A stretch of 64,000 bases of DNA from Granulosicoccus sp. (GCA_020627685.1 JAHDGK010000007.1:27612-91611); one strand, 5' to 3'. Shown: positions 38,164 through 48,636, counted from the first letter of the stretch. Program-made: numbers and translations. Notes: generated by a model not told the origin, from the sequence alone.

Positions 38164-39804
38164 CTAGTCACGCCGTGTTACAACCACCTCCGGTGCGAGA
38201 ATGCCGGTTCCCATTAAGCTGGGGTTCTGCCATGTGTTGTCACTGCCAGAAGGAGAGAACCAGGCCCACTTTGCATCCCGTACTCCGGAATCGTCATCAT
38301 CGTTGTATTGAACATCGATTCCAAAACGCTCTCCGACGCCTAAGCCGACAGATGCTAAGTTAATTCTTATTTCGTAATAAGTGCTGTGGTTCCAGTCCGT
38401 TGCCATCCCACGGCTGGAGCAGTAGTTGGAGATCATTCCGGGTGCGGAGTTTGAACCGTCAACTTGTGCGTCATCAGCATCGTCCTGGTATCGGAATAAT
38501 CGTTGGAAATCATCCAAGCCGTAGTTGATCTGTTTGTCGTCCCCGATATCCAAAAAGACTTCCACGCTGTCGTCATGCCAGATGTCTGTGGAGTCGCTCC
38601 AACGCTGTGCTGGCTGCTCACGGCCGATTTTCACGAGAATGTATAAATACTCTCCGTCGTGCATTGCTCGCCAGTAGCTGTAGTCGCGGTTACTCTGATC
38701 GGTCAGAATGTCGTAAGGGTCATCAATCAGATGGTCGATGCCTAAATAATTACCTCGGCTATCAGAGCGCGCAGCTGCCTGCCATTCCCACCAGCCAAAG
38801 GCCCCGTCAATGACAGGTGCGTTGGAGGTGAAGGGAATACCGACAACAGAGTTGTCCTGATCATCGGGAATGCCATTGTTGTCATCATCCGGGTCAGCAT
38901 TATCGCCGATTCCGTCACCGTCATTGTCGTTGTGTTCGGTCGGGTCATAGATGAAGGCATCATCGCGATCCGGGTAACCGTCACCATCGGTGTCTTCGTT
39001 GCCGGTGATATTTGGATTTGATGGCTGGGGGTCTTCCAAATCGATGGTGCCATCGCCGTCATCATCATCGTCGACGCTGTTGCCCAGGCCGTCTAAATCA
39101 AGATCCAGGCTCTCGTTCGGGTCTAGCGGAAACCTGTCGTCAACATCCAGAATAGAGTCGTTGTCATCGTCTCGATCTTCATTGTCTCCAAGGCCATCGC
39201 CATCGGTATCTCTGAACTCGTTAGGGTTGAGAGGGAATGCATCGATAGCGTCACGAACACCATCGTTGTCATCGTCACTGTCTGAATCGTTGGCTAAACC
39301 ATCACCATCAAAATCTTCACTCACCGAGTTTGGCGAAGTACCTCTTTCCAGCTCAGCTATGTTGGTAAATCCATCGCTGTCAGAATCAAAGTTGGTATCG
39401 AAGAGTTGTGGCGGAATAGCAAACGTTAACTCTGCCGCATCGGTCTGAACACTGGATTGAGCTGACGCCAGTATCAGAGTGTCTGATGCGCGTTGGACGC
39501 GAAGAAAAAGCGGATAGTTGCGGTTGCTTGGCAGGGCGATACTCGCTGAATACTCTCCATCGGCACCGTCCATGGTGACGCTATCACCGCCGGCGGTCAC
39601 GATTACCTCAATAGCGTCTGTGATGTTCTGCATGCGACTGGGTAGGCTGACTCGGAGCCGTACGTCAGACATCACAGTTATCGCTCCATCATCTGCCCTT
39701 GGTGCGGCAGCACTACTTCCTCCACCGCCGCAAGCTGTGAGCATTAGGGTGCTGGCTACGACTAGCGCGCAGCTGGTCAAGGGAAATTGTTTGAGTCGCT
39801 TCAT
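38164..39804 (-). CDS. Lipoprotein with thrombospondin-type-3-like Ca-binding repeats and a C-terminal CBM9/DOMON-like sugar-binding domain
   Basis: Start at MKRLKQF with lipobox LTAC; many DxDxDG..D..D.FP repeats; C-terminal PVIDG...W, AMHDGEYLY, DDSVEVFLD, YYEIRI and GIDVQYNDDD motifs. Confidence 0.8.
   Translation of the reverse strand: MKRLKQFPLTSCALVVASTLMLTACGGGGSSAAAPRADDGAITVMSDVRLRVSLPSRMQNITDAIEVIVTAGGDSVTMDGADGEYSASIALPSNRNYPLFLRVQRASDTLILASAQSSVQTDAAELTFAIPPQLFDTNFDSDSDGFTNIAELERGTSPNSVSEDFDGDGLANDSDSDDDNDGVRDAIDAFPLNPNEFRDTDGDGLGDNEDRDDDNDSILDVDDRFPLDPNESLDLDLDGLGNSVDDDDDGDGTIDLEDPQPSNPNITGNEDTDGDGYPDRDDAFIYDPTEHNDNDGDGIGDNADPDDDNNGIPDDQDNSVVGIPFTSNAPVIDGAFGWWEWQAAARSDSRGNYLGIDHLIDDPYDILTDQSNRDYSYWRAMHDGEYLYILVKIGREQPAQRWSDSTDIWHDDSVEVFLDIGDDKQINYGLDDFQRLFRYQDDADDAQVDGSNSAPGMISNYCSSRGMATDWNHSTYYEIRINLASVGLGVGERFGIDVQYNDDDDSGVRDAKWAWFSPSGSDNTWQNPSLMGTGILAPEVVVTRRD
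38850..39395 (-). repeat. Asp-rich coding repeats (TSP3-like)
   Basis: Repeated DTDGDG/DDDNDG...DAFP units in the translation; boundaries approximate. Confidence 0.8.
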
Positions 39805-39912
39805 CGTAAAACCATCCAATTGGCAATGCTTCATTTGCCAACTAGTTTGGTGATATATGCACATCCCTGCGCTTTAAAGAGACCGCTTTGATTCGGTAAA
39901 AAGACCGGAGGC

Positions 39913-40962
39913 TTATATTTCTATGAGCTCTGCTTTAAGTGCTTTTGCAACGGCATGCATTCTGTTTGCAGCATCCAGCTTTTTGGTCGCATTGCGCAAA
40001 TGATAAATAATGGTGCTTTCGCTGATACCCAGTATTTGGCTCATTTCCCAGGAAGTTTTGCCTTTGGCTGCCCATTGCAGACAGTCTCTTTCACGCGTGC
40101 TGACAACGCTGTCAGTGCCAGGCAGCATTGTTTTAGTTATGTCTCTAACGCTGTTACGAGTTTCGACCGTGGGCACCAGTAGTTTTGAATCGCTCTCTTT
40201 AGAGGGAGCCAGGCGAACCCCGTTTATTTGATTAATCAGGCGGGTGGCGGCGAATTTACCCAACGCTGCCAGTGGTAAATAGATGGTGCTAAGACCCGGT
40301 GTGCTCTGGCTCGCCGCGTCTATATCGCCACAACCCAGAATAGATACATCGTTAGGCACTCTTATGCTTTGTTCTTTGCAGGCTGCCATTGCACCCAAAG
40401 CCATGATGTCGTGATGAAAAAACACGGCCGTGGGTTGGATTTTTTTAGATAGCAAAATGCGCATAGCATGTGCGCCGCCTTTAAATGAAAAGGGGGCTTC
40501 GATAGTTTCAAGGCTGACGTTTCGCCAAAGCGGTTTATCGGTTTGTTTAAGAAAGCCTTCAGTGCGGTGCTGTGTGCTGAACCGATGCTGAGGTCCGGTC
40601 ACCACAGCAATTTGTCGATGGCCCTGGCTAATAAGGTGTTCGGCTGCAATGCTGCCGACGTGTACATTGTGCAGGTTTGCTAAAACCACATGCTGACGGG
40701 TGCTCATCAGTCGAGCCAGCGAATCATTATCGAGGTATTCGGACGTCATGAGCAGGCCGTCGCAATCGCTCCGGCTCAACGTTTCCCAGGCGTAGCGTTC
40801 TTCAGACTCAGACGTACCCGAGGATACAACCAGGGTGGAGAATCCGTGTGACTCGCAAGTGCGTACCGCCGCGTCTACCATGGCGGCATGGTTAGCATCT
40901 CCGAGAACTTCGGCCATGATGCCGATTCGTCTTCGATGTAGTGGAACGGTCAGACTATCCAT
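39913..40962 (-). CDS. Chimeric regulator: LacI/GalR-type ligand-binding domain + C-terminal LuxR-type HTH
   Basis: LacI core motifs (HLISQGHRQIAVVTGP, RTEGF, PTAVF..HDIMALGAM, VPNDVSILGCGD, PGLSTI) with no N-terminal LacI HTH; ends with RERDCLQWAAKGKTSWEMSQILGISESTIIYHLRNATKKLDAANRMHAVAKAL. Confidence 0.85.
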   Translation of the reverse strand: MDSLTVPLHRRRIGIMAEVLGDANHAAMVDAAVRTCESHGFSTLVVSSGTSESEERYAWETLSRSDCDGLLMTSEYLDNDSLARLMSTRQHVVLANLHNVHVGSIAAEHLISQGHRQIAVVTGPQHRFSTQHRTEGFLKQTDKPLWRNVSLETIEAPFSFKGGAHAMRILLSKKIQPTAVFFHHDIMALGAMAACKEQSIRVPNDVSILGCGDIDAASQSTPGLSTIYLPLAALGKFAATRLINQINGVRLAPSKESDSKLLVPTVETRNSVRDITKTMLPGTDSVVSTRERDCLQWAAKGKTSWEMSQILGISESTIIYHLRNATKKLDAANRMHAVAKALKAELIEI

Positions 40963-41178
40963 TTTAACGTGGGCTTCCTGCTTAGCGAACTTGTCTAATT
41001 GGATTAAATATCGATCAATATCTGGACTATTGACACCTAGTGTTTTGGTTAAAAATCGAGCTTCATATTAAGCATACGGGCGAAAGCATAAAATTTTTTT
41101 CATTTTTTAGGCTCCGACACACTGTCAGCATGCAAATGCTGCCGTCTGGACGTGTAGGATAACGTCTTTGTATACCAT

Positions 41179-42174
41179 TTGACTGCATCCATGCTCGACT
41201 CGACACAAAACGATACGTTAGTTAGTGCCCCTATGCCCGATACGACTGTGTCGGTGAGAGAAACATTTGGCCTCGATGTAGATCTGCAAGTACCCGCATA
41301 CTCAGTCCGGACTGATCGGGTGCCAGATATCGATCCCTCCTACCTGTTTGATTTTCGCACCACGATGGCCATTCTTGCAGGCTTCTCGAACGATTGGCGT
41401 GTGCTTATTTCCGGGTTTCACGGTACGGGAAAATCGACGCATATCGAACAAGTCGCAGCTCGTCTCAACTGGCCGTGTTTACGCATAAATTTGGATAGCC
41501 ATGTCAGCCGAATCGATTTAATCGGTAAAGATGCCATCGTATTGAAAGAGGGGAAACAAGTTACCGAATTTCAGGACGGCATTCTTCCCTGGGCCTATCA
41601 ACGAAACGTCGCACTGGTTTTCGATGAATATGATGCGGGCCGCCCAGACGTCATGTTTGTTATCCAGCGAGTCTTGGAAAGTGCTGGACAGCTGACATTG
41701 CTGGACCAAAGTCGTGTTATCAAGCCTCATCCTGCGTTCCGTTTTTTCGCAACTGCCAATACTGTTGGTTTGGGCGACACGACGGGTCTCTACCATGGCA
41801 CGCAGCAGATCAACCAGGCGCAGATGGATCGTTGGTCAATCACGACCATTCTGAATTACCTGCCAGCCGAGCAAGAGTGCAAAGTAGTTTTGGCGAAAGC
41901 GCCTCACTTACAAAACCCGGAAGGGGAGAAGCTGGTTGCGCAAATGGTCTCATTGGCTGGCCTTACGCGAAACGCATTCCGCAATGGCGACCTGGCAACT
42001 GTGATGAGTCCTCGAACGGTTATTACCTGGACGCAGAACATAACGTTCTTTAAAGATGTCGGCTTGGCGTTTGAACTCGTCTTCGTTAACAAGTGTGATC
42101 CTGCTGAACGAGCGCTCATTGCCGAGTTGTATCAGCGTGTATTCGGTGAGGAGCTGAAGGACATTGACGGCTGA
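41179..42174 (+). CDS. cobS: CobS-type AAA+ ATPase (cobaltochelatase CobS family)
   Basis: [50 protein letters not shown] and MSPRTVITW motifs. Start codon uncertain. Confidence 0.92.
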   Translation: MTASMLDSTQNDTLVSAPMPDTTVSVRETFGLDVDLQVPAYSVRTDRVPDIDPSYLFDFRTTMAILAGFSNDWRVLISGFHGTGKSTHIEQVAARLNWPCLRINLDSHVSRIDLIGKDAIVLKEGKQVTEFQDGILPWAYQRNVALVFDEYDAGRPDVMFVIQRVLESAGQLTLLDQSRVIKPHPAFRFFATANTVGLGDTTGLYHGTQQINQAQMDRWSITTILNYLPAEQECKVVLAKAPHLQNPEGEKLVAQMVSLAGLTRNAFRNGDLATVMSPRTVITWTQNITFFKDVGLAFELVFVNKCDPAERALIAELYQRVFGEELKDIDG

Positions 42175-44101
42175 TAAGCATCAACGATTTAGTGATGTCC
42201 GACCTTTAGACAGTCTTGTCGGGGCCGACGGTAGTGTTCCCGCCCCGCAAGGTAGCGACGGGTTTGGTGTGCGTGCTGCGTTTAAGCAATCTACGGGTGC
42301 CTGCGCACGTGCGATAGCTAAAGACACGTCTATCGATATCACGTTTGATGAAAAGGCCGAAGAAGTTTCAGGTATGGTGTTGCCGGCTATTCCCGATGAC
42401 GCAACAGCATTGGAACGTCAGCAAACTCGCGGTCGCAGTGATGCAATAGCATTACATAAACAGCATCATGATCCTTCTACGCATGCGCGCTATCAGCCTG
42501 CTACCGATACGTCGCAGCGTTTGCACGCAATGGCCGAGCAAACTCGTGTAGAGCTGCTCGGTAGTAACGAATTCGAAGGCATTGGTCGTAACCTGGATGC
42601 AGCCTTAGACGGTCGCTATCAATTACTCCTCGACACGATTGCCAAACCGGCCATACCGCTCGGCGATGCTGAACCTCGACTTGGAATAGACCATGCCCTG
42701 ACACTTTATCTGCGGGAAAAACTGGGTACTCGGCCACTGCCACCCAGTGCATCCGATGCGCTGTCTGATTGGCGTGGCTGGTTGGAAGATGATGTTGCAG
42801 AAAAATTTAATGATGCTGATTTTAAACTGGATGATCAGGCAAGTTTTGCGCGCTCTTTAGGTCAGTTACTTCGCTCATTAGACATTGATGATGGTGAGAC
42901 TGCCGAGAACCCTGAAGATTTTGGCGATGAGAACGACACACCGGAAGAATCGCAAAGCCCCGAAGACGATTCCGATGCGGGCGAGTCCGATAGCACATCC
43001 ATGCAGGACGACGGGGAGTCGGAAACGGTTGATGATGAAGGCAGTGCTGAAGAGGCGAGTGACACGGTAGAACCCGATGATGACCAGCCTGAGCGCTCAT
43101 CGGAGAACCCGGGTAGTGAATGGCGCACGACCGCTGGAGAAGCGAACCGACGTTCCATCAACGATTATCATATTTACACAAAAGAATTCGACGAAGTCAT
43201 TCGCCCATTGGACCTGTGCGACTCGGAAGAGCTTACGCGCCTAAGGCAAACTCTCGATTCACATTTGGGTGACCTGCAACGCTCCATTGGTAAGTTTGCG
43301 AATCGTTTGCAGAGAGTGCTTATGGCACAGCAAACACGCTCATGGGAATTCGATTTAGAAGAGGGTCAGCTGGATACTGCAAGGTTAACGCGTGTGCTTA
43401 CTGAGCCCATGATGCCGCTAACTTTCAAGCAGGAATCTGAAACGCCGTTTCGCGACACGGTTGTAACCTTGCTGCTGGATAACTCCGGCTCTATGCATGG
43501 TCGTTCTATTCGAGTAGCTGCTGTTTGTGCGGATATTCTCTCGGCAACATTAGAGCGATGTGGCGTGCGAGTGGAGATCCTTGGATTCACAACTGGTGCA
43601 TGGAAAGGGGGTAAGGCCCGCGAGCGTTGGGTCGCTGCCGGTTACCCACCAAACCCGGGAAGATTAAACGATCTACGCCATATCATTTACAAATCAGCTG
43701 ACACGCCTTGGCGTCAATCACGGCGTAACTTAGGCCTCATGATGCGTAAAGGTCTGCTGAAAGAGAACATCGATGGTGAAGCTTTGCAATGGGCTCACTC
43801 GCGTTTGTTGCAGCGCACGGAGCAGCGCAGAATTCTCATGATGATTTCTGACGGCGCGCCTATCGATGATTCAACGCTTTCTACCAATCCCGGTCGTTTC
43901 TTAGAGAAACATCTGCGACATGTGATTGCGCAAATTGAACGTCAAGATGAAGTCGAGTTGGTTGCTGTGGGAATAGGCCATGATGTTCGGCAATACTATG
44001 CAAAAGCCACTACCATCCATGATGTATCACAGCTTGCAGATGTCATGTCTAGTCAGCTGGTGGAGTTGTTTTCAACCAGCCGTTCCGGGCAGCCTCGTTA
44101 A
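42164..44101 (+). CDS. cobT: CobT-type protein with acidic linker and C-terminal vWA domain
   Basis: [43 protein letters not shown] and MISDGAP.DDSTLS motifs. Confidence 0.92.
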   Translation: MTADKHQRFSDVRPLDSLVGADGSVPAPQGSDGFGVRAAFKQSTGACARAIAKDTSIDITFDEKAEEVSGMVLPAIPDDATALERQQTRGRSDAIALHKQHHDPSTHARYQPATDTSQRLHAMAEQTRVELLGSNEFEGIGRNLDAALDGRYQLLLDTIAKPAIPLGDAEPRLGIDHALTLYLREKLGTRPLPPSASDALSDWRGWLEDDVAEKFNDADFKLDDQASFARSLGQLLRSLDIDDGETAENPEDFGDENDTPEESQSPEDDSDAGESDSTSMQDDGESETVDDEGSAEEASDTVEPDDDQPERSSENPGSEWRTTAGEANRRSINDYHIYTKEFDEVIRPLDLCDSEELTRLRQTLDSHLGDLQRSIGKFANRLQRVLMAQQTRSWEFDLEEGQLDTARLTRVLTEPMMPLTFKQESETPFRDTVVTLLLDNSGSMHGRSIRVAAVCADILSATLERCGVRVEILGFTTGAWKGGKARERWVAAGYPPNPGRLNDLRHIIYKSADTPWRQSRRNLGLMMRKGLLKENIDGEALQWAHSRLLQRTEQRRILMMISDGAPIDDSTLSTNPGRFLEKHLRHVIAQIERQDEVELVAVGIGHDVRQYYAKATTIHDVSQLADVMSSQLVELFSTSRSGQPR

Positions 44102-44753
44102 AAATATCATTGGCCATTTGCCACAACGCATCTGAGCCACCGGAAATTTGCGAACAGCGGGTTTGTACCTGTTCTAACGTCACTTGGAAATCCGGCCAGG
44201 TCCCGCCATTATTCAACGCGTTTAACAGTACCGGTTGTAGGCGATCAACCGCTTTAGCGAAACGCGCGTCCGGCGTGTTGGCTTCTTCAAATTCGTCCCA
44301 GATTTGCCGGAGTAAATTGGCTTGGTCTTCGGGTAGCAATCCGAAGAGGCGGGTAGCGGCCGCCTGCTCAATCGCCTGAATGTCAGGGTTTTGATTGGCG
44401 GCATGCAAGGGGACGTCTCCTGCATCTATCTCTACGATGTCATGCACCATGAGCATGAATACAACGCGTTCAACATCAACCGGTTCGTTCGCATGTTCGG
44501 CCAAAATTCGGGCAAACAGGGTCAGGTGCCAGGAATGCTCGGCACTGTTTTCAAATCGCTCTCCAGATACCAGTCGGCTGGCGCGGTTGATCGATTTTAA
44601 TCCGTCAATGGCCAGCAGAAATTCAATTTGCTGACCCAGCCGATCGGGCAAGGCAGACATCCATCCGGGTTTCGTGCAGCTGTCGGTGTTCGAGGACACC
44701 ATCTTGTCGTTCCCAACTTCCGCTGCATTGCCCGTGGAATCGTTGCTCATCAT
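44049..44753 (-). CDS. HD-domain hydrolase (YGK1/HDDC2-like 5'-deoxynucleotidase family)
   Basis: [30 protein letters not shown] and EARF-like [13 protein letters not shown]. Start placed downstream of the RutR box (44753 or 44750). Confidence 0.75.
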   Translation of the reverse strand: MMSNDSTGNAAEVGNDKMVSSNTDSCTKPGWMSALPDRLGQQIEFLLAIDGLKSINRASRLVSGERFENSAEHSWHLTLFARILAEHANEPVDVERVVFMLMVHDIVEIDAGDVPLHAANQNPDIQAIEQAAATRLFGLLPEDQANLLRQIWDEFEEANTPDARFAKAVDRLQPVLLNALNNGGTWPDFQVTLEQVQTRCSQISGGSDALWQMANDIFNEAARNGWLKTTPPAD

Positions 44754-44758
44754 AAAAA

Positions 44759-44774
44759 TTGACCATTTGGAAAA
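44759..44774. promoter_or_regulatory. RutR-type operator (imperfect) upstream of preT
   Basis: TTGACCA-TT-TGGAAAA, two mismatches to TTGACCAnnTGGTCAA. Confidence 0.6.
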
Positions 44775-44825
44775 AAATTGCTTTAATCCAAGCATACCAG
44801 TGGTAGCTCTAGGAGTCCCAAAGCA

Positions 44826-46127
44826 ATGGCGAACCGGAATTTTGAACAGCTCCAGCAGGATTTACATCCGCCTCTGAGCCGGCATGAGGCGAGTGTAGAG
44901 TCTGATCGATGCTATTTTTGCTTTGATGCACCGTGTGTGACAGCGTGTCCCACCGGTATCGATATCCCTTTGTTTATTCGTCAAATTGGTACGGACAATC
45001 CGAAAGGGTCGGCAAGAACCATTTTTAATGAAAATATTCTCGGGGGTATGTGCGCCCGCGTTTGCCCAACCGAAACCCTTTGCGAGCAAGCCTGTGTAAG
45101 AAATACCGCCGAAGATAACCCTGTGCGTATTGGTGAGCTGCAGCGTTATTCAACTGACCACTTGATGGCAACCGGCGAGCAACCATTCAAACGGGCCGCA
45201 GTCACCGGGAAAAAAGTGGCAGTAGTCGGGGCAGGGCCAGCAGGTTTAGCTTGTGCACATCGGCTTGCCATGTACGGTCACGATGTTGATATCTACGATG
45301 CTAATGAGAAAGCGGGCGGCCTCAATGAGTACGGTATCGCCGCATACAAAACCGTCGATGAGTTTGCGCAGGCGGAAGTTGAATACATCTTGGGTATTGG
45401 TGGCATCACGTTAAAACAGAATCAAATATTGGGTGCAGACATTAGCCTTAGCGGGCTTAAAAATGACTACGATGCTGTTTTTGTCGGAATTGGATTGGGT
45501 GCTGTCAACAGTTTAGGGGTCGATGGTGAAGACGAAGAGGGTGTCGTTGACGCGGTCGACTTTATTTCTCAATTACGCCAATGTGAAGACTATGCAACTC
45601 TGGATGTGGCCAAGCGCACTGTAGTGATTGGCGGTGGTATGACTGCTGTCGATGCTGCTGTACAAACTAAAATGCTCGGCGGCGAAGAAGTCACATTGGT
45701 TTACCGGCGCGGCGAAGAGCGCATGAACGCCAGTCAATTCGAGCAAGATTTAGCTAAGGTCAATGGCGTTGTTTTGCGCACCTGGTTACAACCGCTGCGA
45801 ATTTTGAGTAACGATGGAGCTGTGTCAGGCGTTGAGTTTGCCAAGATGTCTGTGGTTGATGGCGTTTACGGACCATCGGGCGAGACGGTGACCCTGCCGT
45901 GTGAGCGAGTGCTCAGTGCTATCGGGCAAGCGTTTGATAACGCCGATGATGCGGTGCAATTAGCCTTAGAGAATGGTCGCATAAGCGTTAACCATGAGCG
46001 CCAAACATCCGATGAAAAAGTATGGGCAGGTGGCGATTGCATTGCTGGCGGAGAAGACTTAACGGTAGCTGCGGTTCAGGATGGCAAGCTTGCCGCAGAA
46101 TCCATTCACACAGCGTTAAAGGGGTAG
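44826..46127 (+). CDS. preT: Dihydropyrimidine dehydrogenase subunit A (GltD-like)
   Basis: RCYFCFDAPC..ACPT.IDIP, GGMCARVCP, VVGAGPAGLACA and IGGGMTAVDAA motifs. Confidence 0.92.
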   Translation: MANRNFEQLQQDLHPPLSRHEASVESDRCYFCFDAPCVTACPTGIDIPLFIRQIGTDNPKGSARTIFNENILGGMCARVCPTETLCEQACVRNTAEDNPVRIGELQRYSTDHLMATGEQPFKRAAVTGKKVAVVGAGPAGLACAHRLAMYGHDVDIYDANEKAGGLNEYGIAAYKTVDEFAQAEVEYILGIGGITLKQNQILGADISLSGLKNDYDAVFVGIGLGAVNSLGVDGEDEEGVVDAVDFISQLRQCEDYATLDVAKRTVVIGGGMTAVDAAVQTKMLGGEEVTLVYRRGEERMNASQFEQDLAKVNGVVLRTWLQPLRILSNDGAVSGVEFAKMSVVDGVYGPSGETVTLPCERVLSAIGQAFDNADDAVQLALENGRISVNHERQTSDEKVWAGGDCIAGGEDLTVAAVQDGKLAAESIHTALKG

Positions 46128-46131
46128 GCAA

Positions 46132-47430
46132 ATGGCTGATCTAAGCAGTGAATTTCTTGGCATAAAATCTCCCAACCCTTTCTGGCTGGCATCGGCGCCG
46201 CCAACAGATAAAGAACTTAACGTTGTCAGAGCGTTTGAAGCGGGCTGGGGTGGTGTTGTCTGGAAAACACTGGGTGAAGACCCGAACATCGTGAATGTAA
46301 ACGGTCCCCGATACGGCGCTATTCATTCAAGTGACAGAACGCTTATCGGATTGAACAACATCGAACTGATAACCGATCGCCCGTTGCAAATTAACTTAGA
46401 TGAAATTACGCGAGTTAAACGCAATTGGCCCGACAGAGCCGTTGTTGTTTCCTTAATGGTCCCCTGTGAAGAGCAAAACTGGAAAGACATTCTCAAGAAA
46501 GTAGAGGACACCGGTGCCGATGGAGTTGAACTTAACTTTGGATGTCCTCACGGCATGTCTGAGCGCGGTATGGGAGCTGCAGTCGGTCAGGTGCCGGAAT
46601 ACATCCAAATGGTTGCTCAGTGGTGTAAGCAGCATACGCACATGCCTGTGATTGTGAAGTTGACGCCGAATATCACCGATATAAGAGCCCCCGCTAGAGC
46701 AGCTAAAGAGGGTGGGGCTGACGCTGTATCGTTGATCAATACAATCAGCTCTATTATCAGCGTTAATCTGGAGACTATGTCACCAGAGCCTTCTATAGAC
46801 GGTTGGGGCTCGCATGGCGGATATTGTGGTCCAGCTGTCAAACCGATTGCACTGAACATGGTGGCTGAAATTGCGCGGGACTCCGATACAGCAGGGATAC
46901 CGATCTCAGGGATTGGAGGCGTTACCACTTGGCGAGATGCGGCTGAATTTCTGGCTTTAGGTGCCAGCAACGTACAGGTGTGTACCGCGGCCATGACTTA
47001 CGGTTTTCGAATCATTGAAGAATTAACTCAAGGATTGTCTAACTGGATGGATGAGAGTGGTTATAAATCTGTTAACGACATTGTCGGTAAAGCTACGCCC
47101 AATGTTAAGGACTGGCAGAATTTGAACCTTAACTACATCAGTAAAGCCGTTATCGATCAGGATTTATGTATCCAGTGTGGCCGTTGTCATATCGTTTGCG
47201 AAGACACCTCGCATCAGGCAATTACTTCAATTGTCGATGGTAAGCGTAAATTCGAAGTCATTGATGAAGAATGCGTAGGGTGCAATTTATGTGTAAGCGT
47301 GTGCCCTGTTGAAAATTGTATCTCTATGGAGCAAATGACATCAGGTGTTGATCCGCGCACGAATGTGCCAATAAGCTCCGAGTATGCAAATTGGACGACT
47401 CACCCTAACAATCCATCGGCCCAACGCTGA
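46132..47430 (+). CDS. preA: Dihydropyrimidine dehydrogenase subunit B
   Basis: NPFWLASAPPT, GLNNIELI, ELNFGCPHGMSERGMG, KLTPN, HGGYCGPAVKPIAL and two C-terminal 4Fe-4S motifs. Confidence 0.95.
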   Translation: MADLSSEFLGIKSPNPFWLASAPPTDKELNVVRAFEAGWGGVVWKTLGEDPNIVNVNGPRYGAIHSSDRTLIGLNNIELITDRPLQINLDEITRVKRNWPDRAVVVSLMVPCEEQNWKDILKKVEDTGADGVELNFGCPHGMSERGMGAAVGQVPEYIQMVAQWCKQHTHMPVIVKLTPNITDIRAPARAAKEGGADAVSLINTISSIISVNLETMSPEPSIDGWGSHGGYCGPAVKPIALNMVAEIARDSDTAGIPISGIGGVTTWRDAAEFLALGASNVQVCTAAMTYGFRIIEELTQGLSNWMDESGYKSVNDIVGKATPNVKDWQNLNLNYISKAVIDQDLCIQCGRCHIVCEDTSHQAITSIVDGKRKFEVIDEECVGCNLCVSVCPVENCISMEQMTSGVDPRTNVPISSEYANWTTHPNNPSAQR

Positions 47431-47966
47431 TACTTTTCGGTAAGGGTCAGGCTTGCCATAGCAGGACTGGTTGATGGAAGCGTGAAAACCCGGATAGCTT
47501 CTGAGGTTTTCGGGTAGGGTGGTTTATCAAGCATTGCTACTGCACGTGGCAGAGTAGGTTCAATGTGTCTTTTAAAAAGCACCTGTGCGGTACGCCCGTT
47601 GCAAATAATGCGCTCAAGCGCTGCATGTCTTGCAACAAGCCCTGCAATATCATTGGCTACCTCGGTGGATCTTTTAATTTTACTGTCAAGGCTGCCGGGC
47701 CTATCGCAGCTGGCTAAAACATCCCACAGAGCAATGCCATGTTTTTTTATTAACGCGCAACGCTTTTCGTAGTTCAAGCGGGTGACAGATTCAAACGAGA
47801 CAGGTGTTTGCGAGACATGCGCCAAGAGAATCGGCCAAAGTGCATTACGTGGGTGCGCGTAGTATTCAACGGCGTTGAGAGATGCCTGGCCAGGCATGGT
47901 GCCTAATATCAGCGTATGAACGTGAGTGCCCTCTACAGGCACGAAAGAAACGGCGTGTTCGCTCAT
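47400..47966 (-). CDS. Uracil-DNA-glycosylase superfamily member, hypoxanthine/deoxyinosine DNA glycosylase-like
   Basis: LILGTMPG.ASL...YYAHPRN.LW, IALWDVL..C.R.GSLDS.I, NG..A and LPSTSPA motifs. Confidence 0.85.
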   Translation of the reverse strand: MSEHAVSFVPVEGTHVHTLILGTMPGQASLNAVEYYAHPRNALWPILLAHVSQTPVSFESVTRLNYEKRCALIKKHGIALWDVLASCDRPGSLDSKIKRSTEVANDIAGLVARHAALERIICNGRTAQVLFKRHIEPTLPRAVAMLDKPPYPKTSEAIRVFTLPSTSPAMASLTLTEKYQRWADGLLG

Positions 47967-48012
47967 GGCGTATTAGTGAAAGTGCAGGGGCGTTGTTCTG
48001 ACTGACATCTGT

Positions 48013-48636
48013 TCAGGGTTTCAAACCTCGAGTCAGCAAGAGTTTCAGCGTTTTTTCTGCATCTGCAAATAGCTCGTCTTCGCTCTCTTGAGTTAGAGCA
48101 TTAATTTGCGGTGAAAAATCGGCGTAGTGTTGAGTGCTTGACCAGATAAAAAACAGTAGGTGCAGCGGTGAGACGGGGGCGAGTTTTCCATGATCAATCC
48201 ATTGCTGGATTATCTGACATTTACTCATCACGAGATTTTTAAGTTCGTTTTCCAAAAACGGCCGAATAATAGGGGCGCCCTGTAATATTTCGTTGGCGAA
48301 TAGGCGTGATGCCAAGGGTTCCTGCTGCGAAAAACGGAGTTTTTGCAAAGCATATTTCCAAAGTTCTTCGATCGGGTCACCGTCAGGGTTTAATTCATCG
48401 AGCGGGTCCAGCCAAATCCCCAGTGTCTGTTCGAGAACAGCGGTATAGATATCCTGTTTTTTATTGAAGTAATAGAGGACATTCGCCTTTGACATACCGG
48501 CCGAACCGGCAATTTGATCAACAGTTGCGCCACGATAGCCATTAGCCGAGAAAACGTCCATCGCAGCGCGTATTATTCGGGCTTCGTTCTGCGCTTGGAT
48601 TCGAGTTCGTTTTCGTGGAACATCTGAGTGAGTCAA
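48013..48636 (-). CDS. rutR: TetR-family regulator RutR/PydR
   Basis: TRIQ...[34 protein letters not shown] and [13 protein letters not shown] motifs. TTG start at 48636 chosen because the longer ORF would cover the RutR box. Confidence 0.88.
   Translation of the reverse strand: MTHSDVPRKRTRIQAQNEARIIRAAMDVFSANGYRGATVDQIAGSAGMSKANVLYYFNKKQDIYTAVLEQTLGIWLDPLDELNPDGDPIEELWKYALQKLRFSQQEPLASRLFANEILQGAPIIRPFLENELKNLVMSKCQIIQQWIDHGKLAPVSPLHLLFFIWSSTQHYADFSPQINALTQESEDELFADAEKTLKLLLTRGLKP

Noticed and set aside
38850-39448. Ser-rich plus-strand ORF 38990-39448 and Met/Thr-rich ORF 38742-39068
   Set aside because: Shadow frames of the Asp-rich repeats in the lipoprotein gene.
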